DNA from: a virus
Taxonomy: Duplodnaviria; Caudoviricetes
Length of the DNA: 64,000 nucleotides
Reading direction: 5' to 3' (one strand)
Virus record (IMG/VR): IMGVR_UViG_3300028532_000002
Location: 1-64,000 of that record
The position numbers and the translations under genes were made by a program. Position 1 is the stretch's first letter. Every line of letters starts with the position of its first letter. Below the pieces are notes generated by a model. That model was not told the origin of the DNA and made no database searches. It worked only from the letters and a program-made list of their open reading frames with translations. Shown in pieces: positions 55,601 through 64,000 of the stretch.

Positions 55601-56178
55601 GTGGTGGCGGTGACGTACAGGGCGGGCCGCTGCGCCGCCGAGTTCACCAGCTCGGCCTGGCGCAGCGTCTGCCACTCCAACCCGCCCGGCGCCTGCTGGC
55701 CCCGGTTGCGGGAGGAGCACACCACGTACCGCAGGGACGCGGAGGCGTCGAGCTCGGCCAGGTCCAGGCCGGCGCGCATCAGCTGCCCGCCCGCCTGGTG
55801 GGCGCCCACGATGCGGGCCCGCAGCGCAGCCGCCGACAGCTGGGACGGGGTACGCCAGTCCGCTGCGTTGATCAGGCTGCCGAAGTCGTAGCTGCGCAGC
55901 TCCATGTCGCGGGCAGTACCGGCCCCGGCCGTGGACCCGGCCTGGAGGCGCAGGTAGGCGCCCACGGGGGTCGCGGTGCCGTCGGTCGCCCAGTCCAGGC
56001 GCACGAAGGACTGCCACACGTACCGGGTGCCGGACGCGAGCGACTGCCCGTAGTACATCAGCGGCGCCGAGTTGTCGGGGGCCTGGACGTTGGACCCGGA
56101 CAGGGCGGAGGAGTAGGAGCCCGACGACGACTCGAGGTAGCCGTCGAAGTTGTGGCCCAGGACGATGCTCACGGTCAT
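52612..56178 (-). CDS. Large minor tail protein with Ig/Fn3-like and carbohydrate-binding-like domains
   Basis: ~1190 aa, Ser/Thr/Gly-rich beta composition, DGGFETGTDGW (CBM4_9-like), Y.WRVRTWD. Confidence 0.8.
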   Translation of the reverse strand: MTVSIVLGHNFDGYLESSSGSYSSALSGSNVQAPDNSAPLMYYGQSLASGTRYVWQSFVRLDWATDGTATPVGAYLRLQAGSTAGAGTARDMELRSYDFGSLINAADWRTPSQLSAAALRARIVGAHQAGGQLMRAGLDLAELDASASLRYVVCSSRNRGQQAPGGLEWQTLRQAELVNSAAQRPALYVTATTKHLLDLSLGAQVQLSDGTHMVLEQTAPAPGPLSFLVRHHDGTAPTTIDTLSSVAERRGAQTVAMARDEADTVYVCNDNGDNQIIIRAYTRGPGNTWSAATTNRTAALPTYDRRVNNVTMAWHPQGGTRGTLVALVGREAGDNAGTPLGYALISCDHVLTGTGSLLRGSGNADGTMVDASSADGFNNYPNETGTLADLCAVRDADGNVSNRGFITSTAKHQALGARAAQSFARYQLADDGASIGTVRTLDTAAEYATKDADAKARVLPVSASQCVTVHASSSAGFGITVTHRQQGTGGSTWSVLARASLDGLGMATMPAPTTLAGSSAWDALYDPVTHLVWVYYLDATNPRRLMKTHVNLATGLAAGDEVEVATDIGASGSVNRAIRVHRGESAGQQVLISVANQQGFAEQLLYVAEEINQAPDAPQVTAKANFDATAATTFAWSFRDPNPADTQSAYTLEVWDDLTDTVVYSTGQTTATSSSHTLPANTLANGQTYRWRVRTWDRLGEAGPFSGFGFFATSASGNTTITVPATDLEPLETADVQVVWEVTGAVQDSYRVVAIATATGAVHSDTGWIASTATTHLVTGLASQVEYRIEVTGRAAGVASSTGTRLVRPDYSSPMQPTIALVPVPDGAHLRIEVDNPEPGELLSQLDGGFETGTDGWVPDASVTLTSSTEQAHAGAHSGRLEVAGAPAATGIRCGPVWRVEVAEFRRYTLALWAYSPTAATVRPVLDFYGTDGALLASASTDVPVEAGEWTLVEHTASAPAGATTAGYGPDLAAPTDGQVLFVDGVEVRTASDVPAPTANEVWRTYRGGRPELVGTVAPGEALRDYLAGSGRVYTYLARALAPDGVTVDSAPAPGRVDFLGVWLHDPAAPEDTITQYLYGRAQRSDSSAVEQAHHQFVGRALPVAAWGDTRIDTWSITVDIPEGPGRLPATDSLRSWNEARRTLVCRDNRGRVWISTMDGFDVGDTEWGDQPSWTMTRVSSDLPGGER

Positions 56179-56426
56179 CGGCCGGCCTCCGTCTGCGAGC
56201 CGAGGAGGGCGGCGATGGTGCGGCCCGGGTCGCCGCCGAGCGGGTCCAGGAGCCGCACCGGGGCCTGTCCCTGGTTGGGGCCCTCCCACACCAGCAGCAT
56301 GGGGCTGTCGGGGTCCTGGGCGACAGCGGCGACGGTGGCGTACCCCTGGGCGCCCAGCACGCGCAGGGTGCCGTCGGCGCCCCGGTCGGGGTTGGCCGAC
56401 CATAGGGCGAGCGCGTTCTCGTTCAT
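56175..56426 (-). CDS. Small hypothetical protein after tape measure
   Basis: ATGA overlaps on both sides. Confidence 0.6.
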   Translation of the reverse strand: MNENALALWSANPDRGADGTLRVLGAQGYATVAAVAQDPDSPMLLVWEGPNQGQAPVRLLDPLGGDPGRTIAALLGSQTEAGR

Positions 56427-59400
56427 CGGGTGGGGGCTCCTACTCGGGTACGCGCGCCGTGGCGGCGCGCTTCGGACTGGAGGCGGTCGAAGAAGGCGAC
56501 CGCGCTCTTCATCTGGGCGATGTCGGCGGCGGGGATGGTGATGGCCCCCGACTCGAAGTGCAGGTGGACGTCGCCGCCGGTGCGGGTGGCTTCGGCCCAG
56601 GCGCGCATCTCCTCGCGGAGCACCACGAGCTCGGCTTCGCCGCGGTGGTTGACGGCGGCCCGCTTGTCGAGGACGACGCCGCCTGTGTCGTGGGTGGGCG
56701 CCACGTCCAGGGCGCGGCGCATGACCTTGTCGCGCAGCGGCGTGAACGCGTCCGGGGTTTCCCGCTTGTCCTGGTTCCAGAACTGGCGGGCCTCGACCAG
56801 GCCGCCGCCCGCGAACGCCGGGCGGCGGATGCTGGACGCCGAGTTCATGTACCCGAACTGCCTGCGCACCGCGTTGGATTCGTTGCCGCCGACGCTCTCG
56901 CCCGTGGCGGGGTCCGCGACGATGTTGATGTGGCCGGCGTCGGATCGGTACAGGGCCAGGTCGCCCGGCTGGGCCTCTGAGCGTGACACCCGCGGCAGGG
57001 TCGTGAAGTTGGAGACGAGCGGTGTCCACCCGTCGCGGACCGCGTCCAGGGCCTTGTGTGCGTTGGCCTTCTTGAAAACCCAGTCCACGAACATCCCGCA
57101 CCAGGCGGCGGAGAAGAACGGCTCGGTGAACTTGTTGGGCCGCCCGCTGATGCCGACCTGGGAGCGGGCGACGTCCACGACCTTCTGTCCGTCGCCGCCC
57201 TCCAGCTGGGACGCGAACGGCGACCAGAACCCGTGGAGCTTCCCAATGAGGTGTTCGATGATGTTCGTGGGCAGGCCCTGAAAACCGGTGGACCCGTAGT
57301 CGTCGCGGAGCGCGCCGAGGATGGGCCCGGTGACGCCGTTGACGGCGTCCATGAACCCGCCCTTGAAGAACCCGGACATCTTGTCGCCGAAGTCGCCGAT
57401 GATGCCGCCGAACCGGAACCCCGGCAGGCCCGCGAGGAGGCTGCTGGCGCGGCCCTTGAGGTTGTTCGCGGCGTGCACGAACGACGGGCCGAGGGACTGC
57501 ACGGCCTCGGGGACGAGCACACCCTCACCGTCGCGGAACAGGGCCACCCGGTTGTCCTGCGCGGAGTACCCGGGCTGGACGCCGCCGGCGCGCATGTCGA
57601 CCATGCCGCCGTCGCGGAACCCGCGCGGCAGGTCCACCTTTCCAATACTTCCGACGCCGGGAACTTTATCCGCAATTCGATTCCATAGTTTGCGAATTCC
57701 CTCATTATAAACCGTGGAAATTACGAACCGAACGGGCTTTTTGGCGACTTCTTCCAGCTTATTCCAGACGCTTCTAATTCCGTCTCGCGCGCGCTCGAAA
57801 CTACTAATTGCCCGGGATCGGAAACTGTCGAACGCGGCGGACACCTGGTCGCGCAGCGCGCGGGCGCGCGCCACCACCCAGTCGCGCATGGCCCCGACGA
57901 TGGCGGTGCCGCGGTCGCGCAGGTTCGTGAGAGTGGAGACGCCGCGGTCGCGCAGGCCCGTGAAGAAGCCGAGCACCCGGTCGCGGAGCTGGAGGGCGGC
58001 GGCGACCGCCCGGTCGCGCAGCGCCCGCACCCGGGCGACCACCCAGTCCCGGAGTGCGGCGACCAGGGCCGCCCCGCGGTCGCGCAGGCTCACGAACCAC
58101 CCGATGATCGCCTCGACCATGTCGGGGATGATCGAGTTGCCGACGAGGGTGTCGTACAGCCAGGTGAACGCGCCGACGACCGCGTCGACGATCCCCCCGA
58201 CGATGTTCGTCAAGATCTGCCAGGCGCCGGTGACGATGCCGACCAGGGCCTGCCAGATTCCGGCGAAGACCTGCTTGATGCCGTCCCAGGCGCGCGACCA
58301 GTCGCCGGTCAGGATGCCGATGGCCGTGTTGAAAATGCCCTTGATGACCTCGAATCCGCCGGAGACCATCCCGGACAGGATCGTCCACAGGCCGGAGAAG
58401 TGGCCGATGATGCGCTCGCCGAAGGTCTCCCAGATCCAGGTGGCGGCGTCCGTGGCCCGGCGCAGGATCGTGCCGATGAGCTCACCGCCGAGGGAGACGA
58501 TCTCACTGATCTCCGACCACCAGCCGGACACCGTGTCGAGGACGTCGGAGTCGGCGAGTCTGCCCTGGATGTCGTCCAAGATCGGCAGGAGCCGCTCGCG
58601 GGCGTAGTCCATCGACTCGGAGATGAAACCGCCGGCCTCGGAGAACGCGGCGCCCATCTCGCGCATCTTGCTGGTGAGCTTGCCGCCCGCCTCGTCGCTG
58701 TCCAGGAGCGCCGTGGTGAGGCCGCCGAGCGGGGAGATGAGGGTGAGCAGGCCGCCGGGGATCCGCTCCGTGATCCACACGTAGGCCTCGGACAGCCACC
58801 CGACGAGCCGGATGGTCCCGGTGATGAAGTCGAGGAGGCCGATGACGATGCCCCCGAAGACGTCCGGGTTCTCCTCGACCGTCGTGAAGAGCTCGGACAG
58901 GGCTGTGCCCATCCGGTCGAAGGCGCCCTCAAGTTCGGGGCCGATCACGTCCAGCAGCGCCGTGAAGGAGCCGGTGATGGAGTCGATCAGGGACCCGTCG
59001 CCCTCGAACGCCCCGAACAGGTCCGCGGAGAAGCGGGACAGGGCGGGCGCCATGTCCGCGAATGCCTGCTCCAGGTGCGGGCTGAGGCTGTCGAACAGGT
59101 CGGTGAGGTCGTCGGAGACGTCCACCAGCGTCTGTTCGAGGGGGCGCGCGATCTCCTGCATCGTGGAGACGACGTGGTCGCGCAGCCCGGAGAACGCCTC
59201 TCGGACCCGGTCGGCCTGGGCCGCCGCGAACAGGCCGATACCGGCGATCCCGGCGCCGAACGCCAACGTGAACGCCACACCGGCTGTGGCGCCGATCAGC
59301 GGGAGGGCGGCCATCGCCGCAGCTACGATGCCGACCAGCAGCCAGGGGACCTTGCCGAGCATCCCGAACGAGCGGGTGAACATGTTGGTGATGCCGCCGA

Positions 59401-59881
59401 GGCCGCCGGAGACCGCGTCGGACATGCCGCCCATGAACCGGCCGCCGCCACGGCGGCCACCACCGCCCCAGTCGGGGCCGTCCTCCAGGCCCTTGATGAA
59501 CCGGCCGTGGGCGTCGCGCATGCGCCCCTCGGCGCCGCGGGTGAACCCCTCGCCGAACCCTTCCCCGGAGTCCTCCCCTGCGGAGATGAACCGGCCGCGC
59601 TCCACGCGGATGCCGCGCTGGGCGGCGGAGGAGAACGCGCCCGCGTAGGCGGCGCCCTGCTGGGTGCCGGAGGCCACGAACCGGCCGCGGGCGTCGCGCA
59701 GGGGCCGGTGGGCGGCAGACACCCCGCGGCGCATCCCCGATCGGGCGCCGGCGGAGAACCCGTCGGTGTACCCGTCGGCGGCTTCCTGGCCGACCTGGCG
59801 GGCCGCGCGCCGCATCTGCGCCCGGTCCGTCTGTGCGGACACGTGCACATACGCGGACGCGATCCTGAATCCGCCGGCCAC
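56423..59881 (-). CDS. Tape measure protein with C-terminal CHAP-like peptidase domain
   Basis: 1152 aa, Trp-periodic amphipathic repeats, VARSQVG...AWCGMFVDWVF...PGDLALY...GHINIV...GGN. Confidence 0.95.
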   Translation of the reverse strand: MAGGFRIASAYVHVSAQTDRAQMRRAARQVGQEAADGYTDGFSAGARSGMRRGVSAAHRPLRDARGRFVASGTQQGAAYAGAFSSAAQRGIRVERGRFISAGEDSGEGFGEGFTRGAEGRMRDAHGRFIKGLEDGPDWGGGGRRGGGRFMGGMSDAVSGGLGGITNMFTRSFGMLGKVPWLLVGIVAAAMAALPLIGATAGVAFTLAFGAGIAGIGLFAAAQADRVREAFSGLRDHVVSTMQEIARPLEQTLVDVSDDLTDLFDSLSPHLEQAFADMAPALSRFSADLFGAFEGDGSLIDSITGSFTALLDVIGPELEGAFDRMGTALSELFTTVEENPDVFGGIVIGLLDFITGTIRLVGWLSEAYVWITERIPGGLLTLISPLGGLTTALLDSDEAGGKLTSKMREMGAAFSEAGGFISESMDYARERLLPILDDIQGRLADSDVLDTVSGWWSEISEIVSLGGELIGTILRRATDAATWIWETFGERIIGHFSGLWTILSGMVSGGFEVIKGIFNTAIGILTGDWSRAWDGIKQVFAGIWQALVGIVTGAWQILTNIVGGIVDAVVGAFTWLYDTLVGNSIIPDMVEAIIGWFVSLRDRGAALVAALRDWVVARVRALRDRAVAAALQLRDRVLGFFTGLRDRGVSTLTNLRDRGTAIVGAMRDWVVARARALRDQVSAAFDSFRSRAISSFERARDGIRSVWNKLEEVAKKPVRFVISTVYNEGIRKLWNRIADKVPGVGSIGKVDLPRGFRDGGMVDMRAGGVQPGYSAQDNRVALFRDGEGVLVPEAVQSLGPSFVHAANNLKGRASSLLAGLPGFRFGGIIGDFGDKMSGFFKGGFMDAVNGVTGPILGALRDDYGSTGFQGLPTNIIEHLIGKLHGFWSPFASQLEGGDGQKVVDVARSQVGISGRPNKFTEPFFSAAWCGMFVDWVFKKANAHKALDAVRDGWTPLVSNFTTLPRVSRSEAQPGDLALYRSDAGHINIVADPATGESVGGNESNAVRRQFGYMNSASSIRRPAFAGGGLVEARQFWNQDKRETPDAFTPLRDKVMRRALDVAPTHDTGGVVLDKRAAVNHRGEAELVVLREEMRAWAEATRTGGDVHLHFESGAITIPAADIAQMKSAVAFFDRLQSEARRHGARTRVGAPTR
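57640..57810. other. AT-rich, rare-codon island inside tape measure gene
   Basis: Run of ATT, AGT, AGA, AAT, AAA, GTA, TAT, CTA, CGA codons; TATAAT on coding strand at 57704-57709. Confidence 0.8.
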
Positions 59882-59891
59882 CGGCCACCCC

Positions 59892-60742
59892 CTACGTGCG
59901 CTTCTTCATCCGGCCGATCACGGGAGGCATCCCGTTGGTGTCGCCCTGGAAGGCGGGTGACATGGCCAGCTGGTCGAGGTCGCGCGGGGGCGCGTCCTGG
60001 GTCGGGGCGGACGGTGGGCCGGGGGTGGAGTGGCCGTGGTACCCGTCCGCGCGCTGCTGCTGCTCGTGCTCTCGTCGTGCGTTCTCGTTCTCGGACCAGC
60101 CGCGGACCGCCGACCCCTCCTGGAAGGGCAGGGCCTCGCAGAGGCGGAAGAACCGCTCGGCGCCCATCTGGGGCGGGAACACCTCGTCGGCGATCCCGGG
60201 CCCCCAGTCGGGCGGCCACTGGTAGAACCGTCTGAAGTCCGCGTCGACCAGGTCGATGAGGTCTACGACCCACGCGACCTCGGCCGCGCGGGTCAGGAGT
60301 TTCCCAGGGCCTTCGACGTCGCAGAGGTCATCTTCACCTCCACGATGTCCATGACCTGCTGCATGTTCTCGTCGGTCATGCCCTCGGCCTCGGCGAGGGC
60401 ATCCAGGGTGTGCTCACCCAGGAGCAGCGCGAACGCCTCCGCGACGGCGTACTGGTCACCGCCCGCGCGCACGTCCCGCAGGTACCGCATGGCCAGGTTC
60501 GGCGGCACGTCCTTGGGGATCGAGTAGGTGACGTCCTCCACGCGGGGGGTGCCGTCCTCGTCGACCTCCTGGTAGCCGTCCTCCCCGATGACCGGCTGGT
60601 CCTCCAGGACGAACAGGGCCTCCATCTCGACCTCGACCTCGGGGGCCTTCGCGCCGATGCGCACAGGCCCGTCCGGCAGCTGCGGGCGCACCCGCGGGGC
60701 GGCCGGACGGGCGGGGCGGTTCGGGTTCTTCTTCTTCGGCAT
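59892..60742 (-). CDS. Tail assembly chaperone pair: short form 60293..60742 and -1 frameshift-extended form ending at 59892
   Basis: Slippery G GGA AAC at 60299-60305 just before the stop; -1 frame is open into ORF 59892..60182; lies between major tail and tape measure. Confidence 0.88.
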
Positions 60743-60786
60743 GGTCTTCTCTCCGGTCTGGGTCGGTCAGGGGTGTGTGGCGCGGG

Positions 60787-61389
60787 TCAGGACGCGAGCG
60801 CGACCTCGTCGACGTACTCCACGGGGGAGGTTTCGGAGTCCACGAACATCGCGTTGAACACCACGGGGTACAGCCACAGGCCGTCCTTCTGATAGGCGCT
60901 CTCGACGTTCTCGATCGAGATGCACCGGTACAGGACGACACGGCGCCGCATGTTGCCGCCGGGCGCCCACCCGTCCAGGACGATGGACAGCTCGTCGGGC
61001 AGGAACGCGTCCTGCCCGGCCTTCATCGTGAAGCGCCGGTATCCGGCGCCTTCAGTGATGAACTCGTCGGGGTCGTGGTTGAGGGCGATCGCGAGGTTGG
61101 CCAGGGTGCCCTGCGCGAGGCTGGTGGAGACCTGGGTGTCGCGCTCGGTCAGGCGCTGGCCGACGGCGTCGGCGACCTGGTCGACGCTCATCCTGAAGAA
61201 CGACTGGTTGTTGGTGAGGGTGACGCCTCCGTCAGTCGCGCCGCAGTCGTGCCAGCCGTCCGCCTCCAGCAGCGGGTGGGCGACGTCCTCGGGGTCGGGC
61301 AGGGTGCTGATGCCGTACCGGCCGCGCCAGAGCTGGGCGGGTCCGGCCAGGATGGTCTCCCGGTCGACGACTGCGCGGGGTCCACTCAT
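60787..61389 (-). CDS. Major tail protein
   Basis: ILAGPAQLW...W.DCGATDGGVTL...VDQ...SLAQGTLANL; position before chaperones. Confidence 0.85.
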   Translation of the reverse strand: MSGPRAVVDRETILAGPAQLWRGRYGISTLPDPEDVAHPLLEADGWHDCGATDGGVTLTNNQSFFRMSVDQVADAVGQRLTERDTQVSTSLAQGTLANLAIALNHDPDEFITEGAGYRRFTMKAGQDAFLPDELSIVLDGWAPGGNMRRRVVLYRCISIENVESAYQKDGLWLYPVVFNAMFVDSETSPVEYVDEVALAS

Positions 61390-61856
61390 GACTGCTCTCC
61401 TTCTTCGAGGTCGGCCTGCACCCAGTTCAGGGCGAGGTCCATGCGGTAGAGGGCGTAGGAGGAGGGGTCGGTGGGGATGCGGCGGAGCCCGCGGGGGATC
61501 GCTCCGGTGACCCGCGCGCCGTGCCATCCGGTGCGCAGGGTCAGGGGGGTGTTCAGGGAGAGCCCGGCGACGGCGGCGTTGGCGACGCGCTGGCCGAGGG
61601 CCGCGGCGAGCCCGTAGTCGGGGCGCAGGCTGTTGGGGTTCACGGCCCGGAACTCGATCTGGTGCACGGACTCCCCCCACGGGACGGTGGGGTTCTGGGA
61701 GCCGGACACGTCGGGGCCCACCACGCAGAAACCCCGCTCCGCCCAGCTGTTCTGATCCTTGGGGAGCTGAGTGGAGCACATGCCCGGCGCCCAGTCGGGC
61801 AGGGACAGGATCCAGGCGACGGCGACGAGCTCGGAGGTGGCCGGGTGCAGGCTCAC
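61386..61856 (-). CDS. Tail terminator-like protein
   Basis: Position immediately before major tail; 156 aa. Confidence 0.65.
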   Translation of the reverse strand: MSLHPATSELVAVAWILSLPDWAPGMCSTQLPKDQNSWAERGFCVVGPDVSGSQNPTVPWGESVHQIEFRAVNPNSLRPDYGLAAALGQRVANAAVAGLSLNTPLTLRTGWHGARVTGAIPRGLRRIPTDPSSYALYRMDLALNWVQADLEEGEQS

Positions 61857-62110
61857 AGTTCCTCGTCCTCCCCGCGCTCGGCCCCGCAGGTGAGGTCCAT
61901 GTCGGTGGTCAGCGTCGCGGCGCGCAGCAGGCCGGCCACGTCCCACGGCTGGAGGCCGTCGGAGTAGCGCTGGGCGAGCGCGTAGGAGCCCATGCCCTCC
62001 CCCTCGGGGAGCAGGCACTTGACGATGACGAGGACCTCGACGGGCTGCCACCCCTCGGGGAGGCCGTCGACCTCCACGCCGAACACGTGCTCGCGGTCGT
62101 CGGTGCTCAT
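61853..62110 (-). CDS. Hypothetical protein
   Basis: ATGA/GTGA overlaps in head-tail cluster. Confidence 0.6.
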   Translation of the reverse strand: MSTDDREHVFGVEVDGLPEGWQPVEVLVIVKCLLPEGEGMGSYALAQRYSDGLQPWDVAGLLRAATLTTDMDLTCGAERGEDEEL

Positions 62111-62502
62111 GAGGTTCCCGATCCCTTGGGGCGTCCGCGGCGCTTGTACGCGGCCGGGCGCAGGGTCGGCTGCGCGGGCGTGCCCGGGTGCTGGACCACC
62201 GCGACGGGGTGGTCCGCGCCGGGCCACCACAGCGCTTCGGCGTGGACGGGGCGGATCTCGTGGGGGTCGGTGCCGAACTCGGGGTGGTCCGCGTAGTCCA
62301 GGGAGGAGCCGACGTTGCGCTCGCACTGGCGGGGCTTCTCGGTGCCGTAGGACTCCGAGAGGCGGCCGGTGTCGATCGCGGCGCCGTCGCCGGCATCCTC
62401 GGCGATCGCCTCGGCCAAGGGCCCGACGGCGTTGCGGTCGACGGCGTCGTCGACGTGCTGCTCCCAGCCGCGGGCCATGACGACCCGCACGCGCTGTGTC
62501 AT
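62107..62502 (-). CDS. HK97 gp10-like tail-completion protein
   Basis: AAIDTGRLSES...YADHPEFGT...HPGTPAQPTLRPA. Confidence 0.85.
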   Translation of the reverse strand: MTQRVRVVMARGWEQHVDDAVDRNAVGPLAEAIAEDAGDGAAIDTGRLSESYGTEKPRQCERNVGSSLDYADHPEFGTDPHEIRPVHAEALWWPGADHPVAVVQHPGTPAQPTLRPAAYKRRGRPKGSGTS

Positions 62503-62574
62503 GCTCTGCTTCCCCCTGGGCCGTTTGCGGGCCGGATCGGGTGGTTCGGTTGTCCCTGCCTGGGCGGTTGCGGC

Positions 62575-62916
62575 TCAGGCGGGGGGTTGGTTGGACAGGT
62601 CCACGCAGGCGCAGACCTTGTCCACGAGCCACCCGGACAGGCGCGGCTGGTGGATCTCACGGACGGGGTAGATGCGGCCGGTGGCCTCGTCGACCAGGCG
62701 GTCGAGGGCGGCCACGTCCACGTCGCCGGGGACCTTGATCTTGATGTCGCGGACGGTGCGCGGGGCCCCGGTGGAGGGGTCCCAGATCCGCTGGGCGTGT
62801 TCGATCAGCTCGCCAGGCACACCCGTGGCGACGGTCTGCTCGGGGCCGGTGCCGGTGTAGTCGTCCACCGGCCCGTCGCGCAGCACCGTCCACGCGGTGT
62901 TGACCTGGCTGGTCAT
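62575..62916 (-). CDS. Head closure / head-tail adaptor
   Basis: DDY...ALDRLVDEATGRIY.V pattern; position. Confidence 0.65.
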   Translation of the reverse strand: MTSQVNTAWTVLRDGPVDDYTGTGPEQTVATGVPGELIEHAQRIWDPSTGAPRTVRDIKIKVPGDVDVAALDRLVDEATGRIYPVREIHQPRLSGWLVDKVCACVDLSNQPPA

Positions 62917-63266
62917 CAGACGGCCGGGGTCTCGGTGTCCGGCGTCGCCTTCGTCTTGCTGCGGGTACGTGCGGGCGCGGCCGGGGTCGCGGTCTCGGCG
63001 TCCTTAGCGGCCTGGATGGCGGCGAGCTGCTCGGCGACTCGCTGATCCACGAGGGCGTCCACATCCACCTGCGGGGCCGCGGGGGCGGGGGTGTCGGCGC
63101 GCTGCCACTTCGCGGAGCGGTCCAGGGTGGTGAGCAGGCGCTGCTGGCGGCCCTGGATCTTGCGGGTGTGCTGGGGGTTGCGGCCGGTCAGCTCGTGCGG
63201 GGAGGCGACCTCCTGCACGTGGCCGGTGGGCTTGCCGCCGCGGTACAGCTGGAAGTGGATGGGCAT
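62916..63266 (-). CDS. Hypothetical protein in head-tail cluster
   Basis: TGATG overlaps on both sides. Confidence 0.6.
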   Translation of the reverse strand: MPIHFQLYRGGKPTGHVQEVASPHELTGRNPQHTRKIQGRQQRLLTTLDRSAKWQRADTPAPAAPQVDVDALVDQRVAEQLAAIQAAKDAETATPAAPARTRSKTKATPDTETPAV

Positions 63267-63694
63267 CACGAGTCTCCAAACATGGTGTGGATCTGGTTGC
63301 GGTAGGGGTAGAGGAGCCGCTCGGGGAGGTCGATGGTCATGTCGATGCCGGACAGGGCTCCGAGGCCGACGGCGCCGCGGATGATCTCCGCCTCCTCCTC
63401 GGTGGCGTAGAGGGTGTCCTGGCCTTCGGCGACCTGCCACCGGAAGACGGTGTCGGTGCCCTCGGTGGTGAAGCCGTGGGGGTTCTCGACGGCGCGGCGG
63501 ACCATCTCGTAGGCGACCCGGCGGACGGCCACGGGCACGGTCTCGTGGGTGGCCTCGTCTAGGTGGCCGTCGGCGATGTCGCGCACGAGCCCGGACACGT
63601 CCTCGCAGTGCGCCTGTACCTGGGTCAGCCAGGAGTCGGCGAAGGTGCGGCGCATGCGGGCGCCCACTTGCTCGGGTGTGATCAGGTCAGCCAC
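63266..63694 (-). CDS. Head-to-tail connector (gp19/gp15/gp42-like)
   Basis: DVSGLVR...VRRVAYEMVRRAVENPHG...LYATEEE. Confidence 0.75.
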   Translation of the reverse strand: MADLITPEQVGARMRRTFADSWLTQVQAHCEDVSGLVRDIADGHLDEATHETVPVAVRRVAYEMVRRAVENPHGFTTEGTDTVFRWQVAEGQDTLYATEEEAEIIRGAVGLGALSGIDMTIDLPERLLYPYRNQIHTMFGDS

Positions 63695-63767
63695 CCGGCA
63701 CCTCCTCCACTGGGTTGGGGTGCGGGGCGGACGCGACCGGAGAAGGGACGCCCGCCCCGCACGTTCA

Positions 63768-64000
63768 TCAGGACACGTCGTCGTTGCCGATGACGACGGC
63801 CCGGTCGGCATCGACCAGCGCCGCACCCGCGAAGGTCGAAAGAAGCGACCGGTCGGTGGCGGTCGTCGGGTCGAACATGTAGATGTGGCGGAGCGAAATG
63901 CCCTCTTCCACGGCGGTGGAGGACTGGGTGGCGCCCTCGGGGTCGGCCGGCGCGCTGTTCGCGAACGCGAACGAGCTCTCGTGGTAGAGGACGCCGCGGG
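63768..64000 (-). CDS. Major capsid protein, C-terminal fragment (P22 coat-like); 5' end outside window
   Basis: RGVLYHESSFAFA...GISLRHIYMFD...DRSLLSTFAG; upstream of connector. Confidence 0.7.
   Translation of the reverse strand, partial: RGVLYHESSFAFANSAPADPEGATQSSTAVEEGISLRHIYMFDPTTATDRSLLSTFAGAALVDADRAVVIGNDDVS

Larger units (their letters stand above)
1..64000. mobile_element. Actinobacterial temperate siphophage / phage-plasmid-like element (window lies entirely within it)
   Basis: Structural, lysis, integration, immunity, recombination and replication modules are all present; no host housekeeping genes; both ends truncated within phage genes. Confidence 0.93.

Noticed and set aside
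1-64000. tRNA/rRNA genes, reverse transcriptase/DGR, recognisable anti-phage defence operon
   Set aside because: No cloverleaf, RT motif (YxDD), template/variable repeat pair or known defence signature could be recognised by eye; a tRNAscan/DefenseFinder run would be needed to exclude them formally

Overview
The whole window is very GC-rich DNA from one actinobacterial temperate siphophage-like element; the XRE/DUF397 module resembles Nocardiopsis-type hosts (inference). No host housekeeping gene is visible. Read along the minus strand from 64000 leftwards, the order is: end of the major capsid gene, head-tail joining genes, major tail, tail chaperone with a GGGAAAC -1 frameshift, tape measure with a CHAP-like domain, and minor tail genes. 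Then comes an ~11-kb mostly counter-oriented block of short genes (38.0-48.9 kb), a detached lysis cassette, and glycosyltransferase and methyltransferase genes. These are followed by an XRE-DUF5753/DUF397/HATPase module and a plus-strand Streptomyces-plasmid-type conjugation module (FtsK/TraB, clt-like 8-bp repeats, SpdB-like, YdjM-like). The left part carries a large serine integrase, a repressor/Cro-like switch, YqaJ/RecT, RusA, WhiB, a replication initiator with a DnaC-like loader, a C5 DNA methyltransferase and SSB. Three observations stand out. First, a TraB conjugation module lies inside a contiguous phage genome that is not interrupted at the integrase. Second, a promoter cassette (TTG(A/T/C)(A/T)(A/C)-17 bp-TATA(G/C)T) interleaved with CTGTCCCCCC boxes occurs six times over 45 kb, with a divergent RHH-like candidate regulator. 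Third, a family of GC hairpins precedes many short genes and is shared by the phage arms and the transfer module. All product calls come from motif recognition by eye; no database search was run. Many start codons were re-picked from RBS or gene-overlap context and differ from the supplied ORF track.
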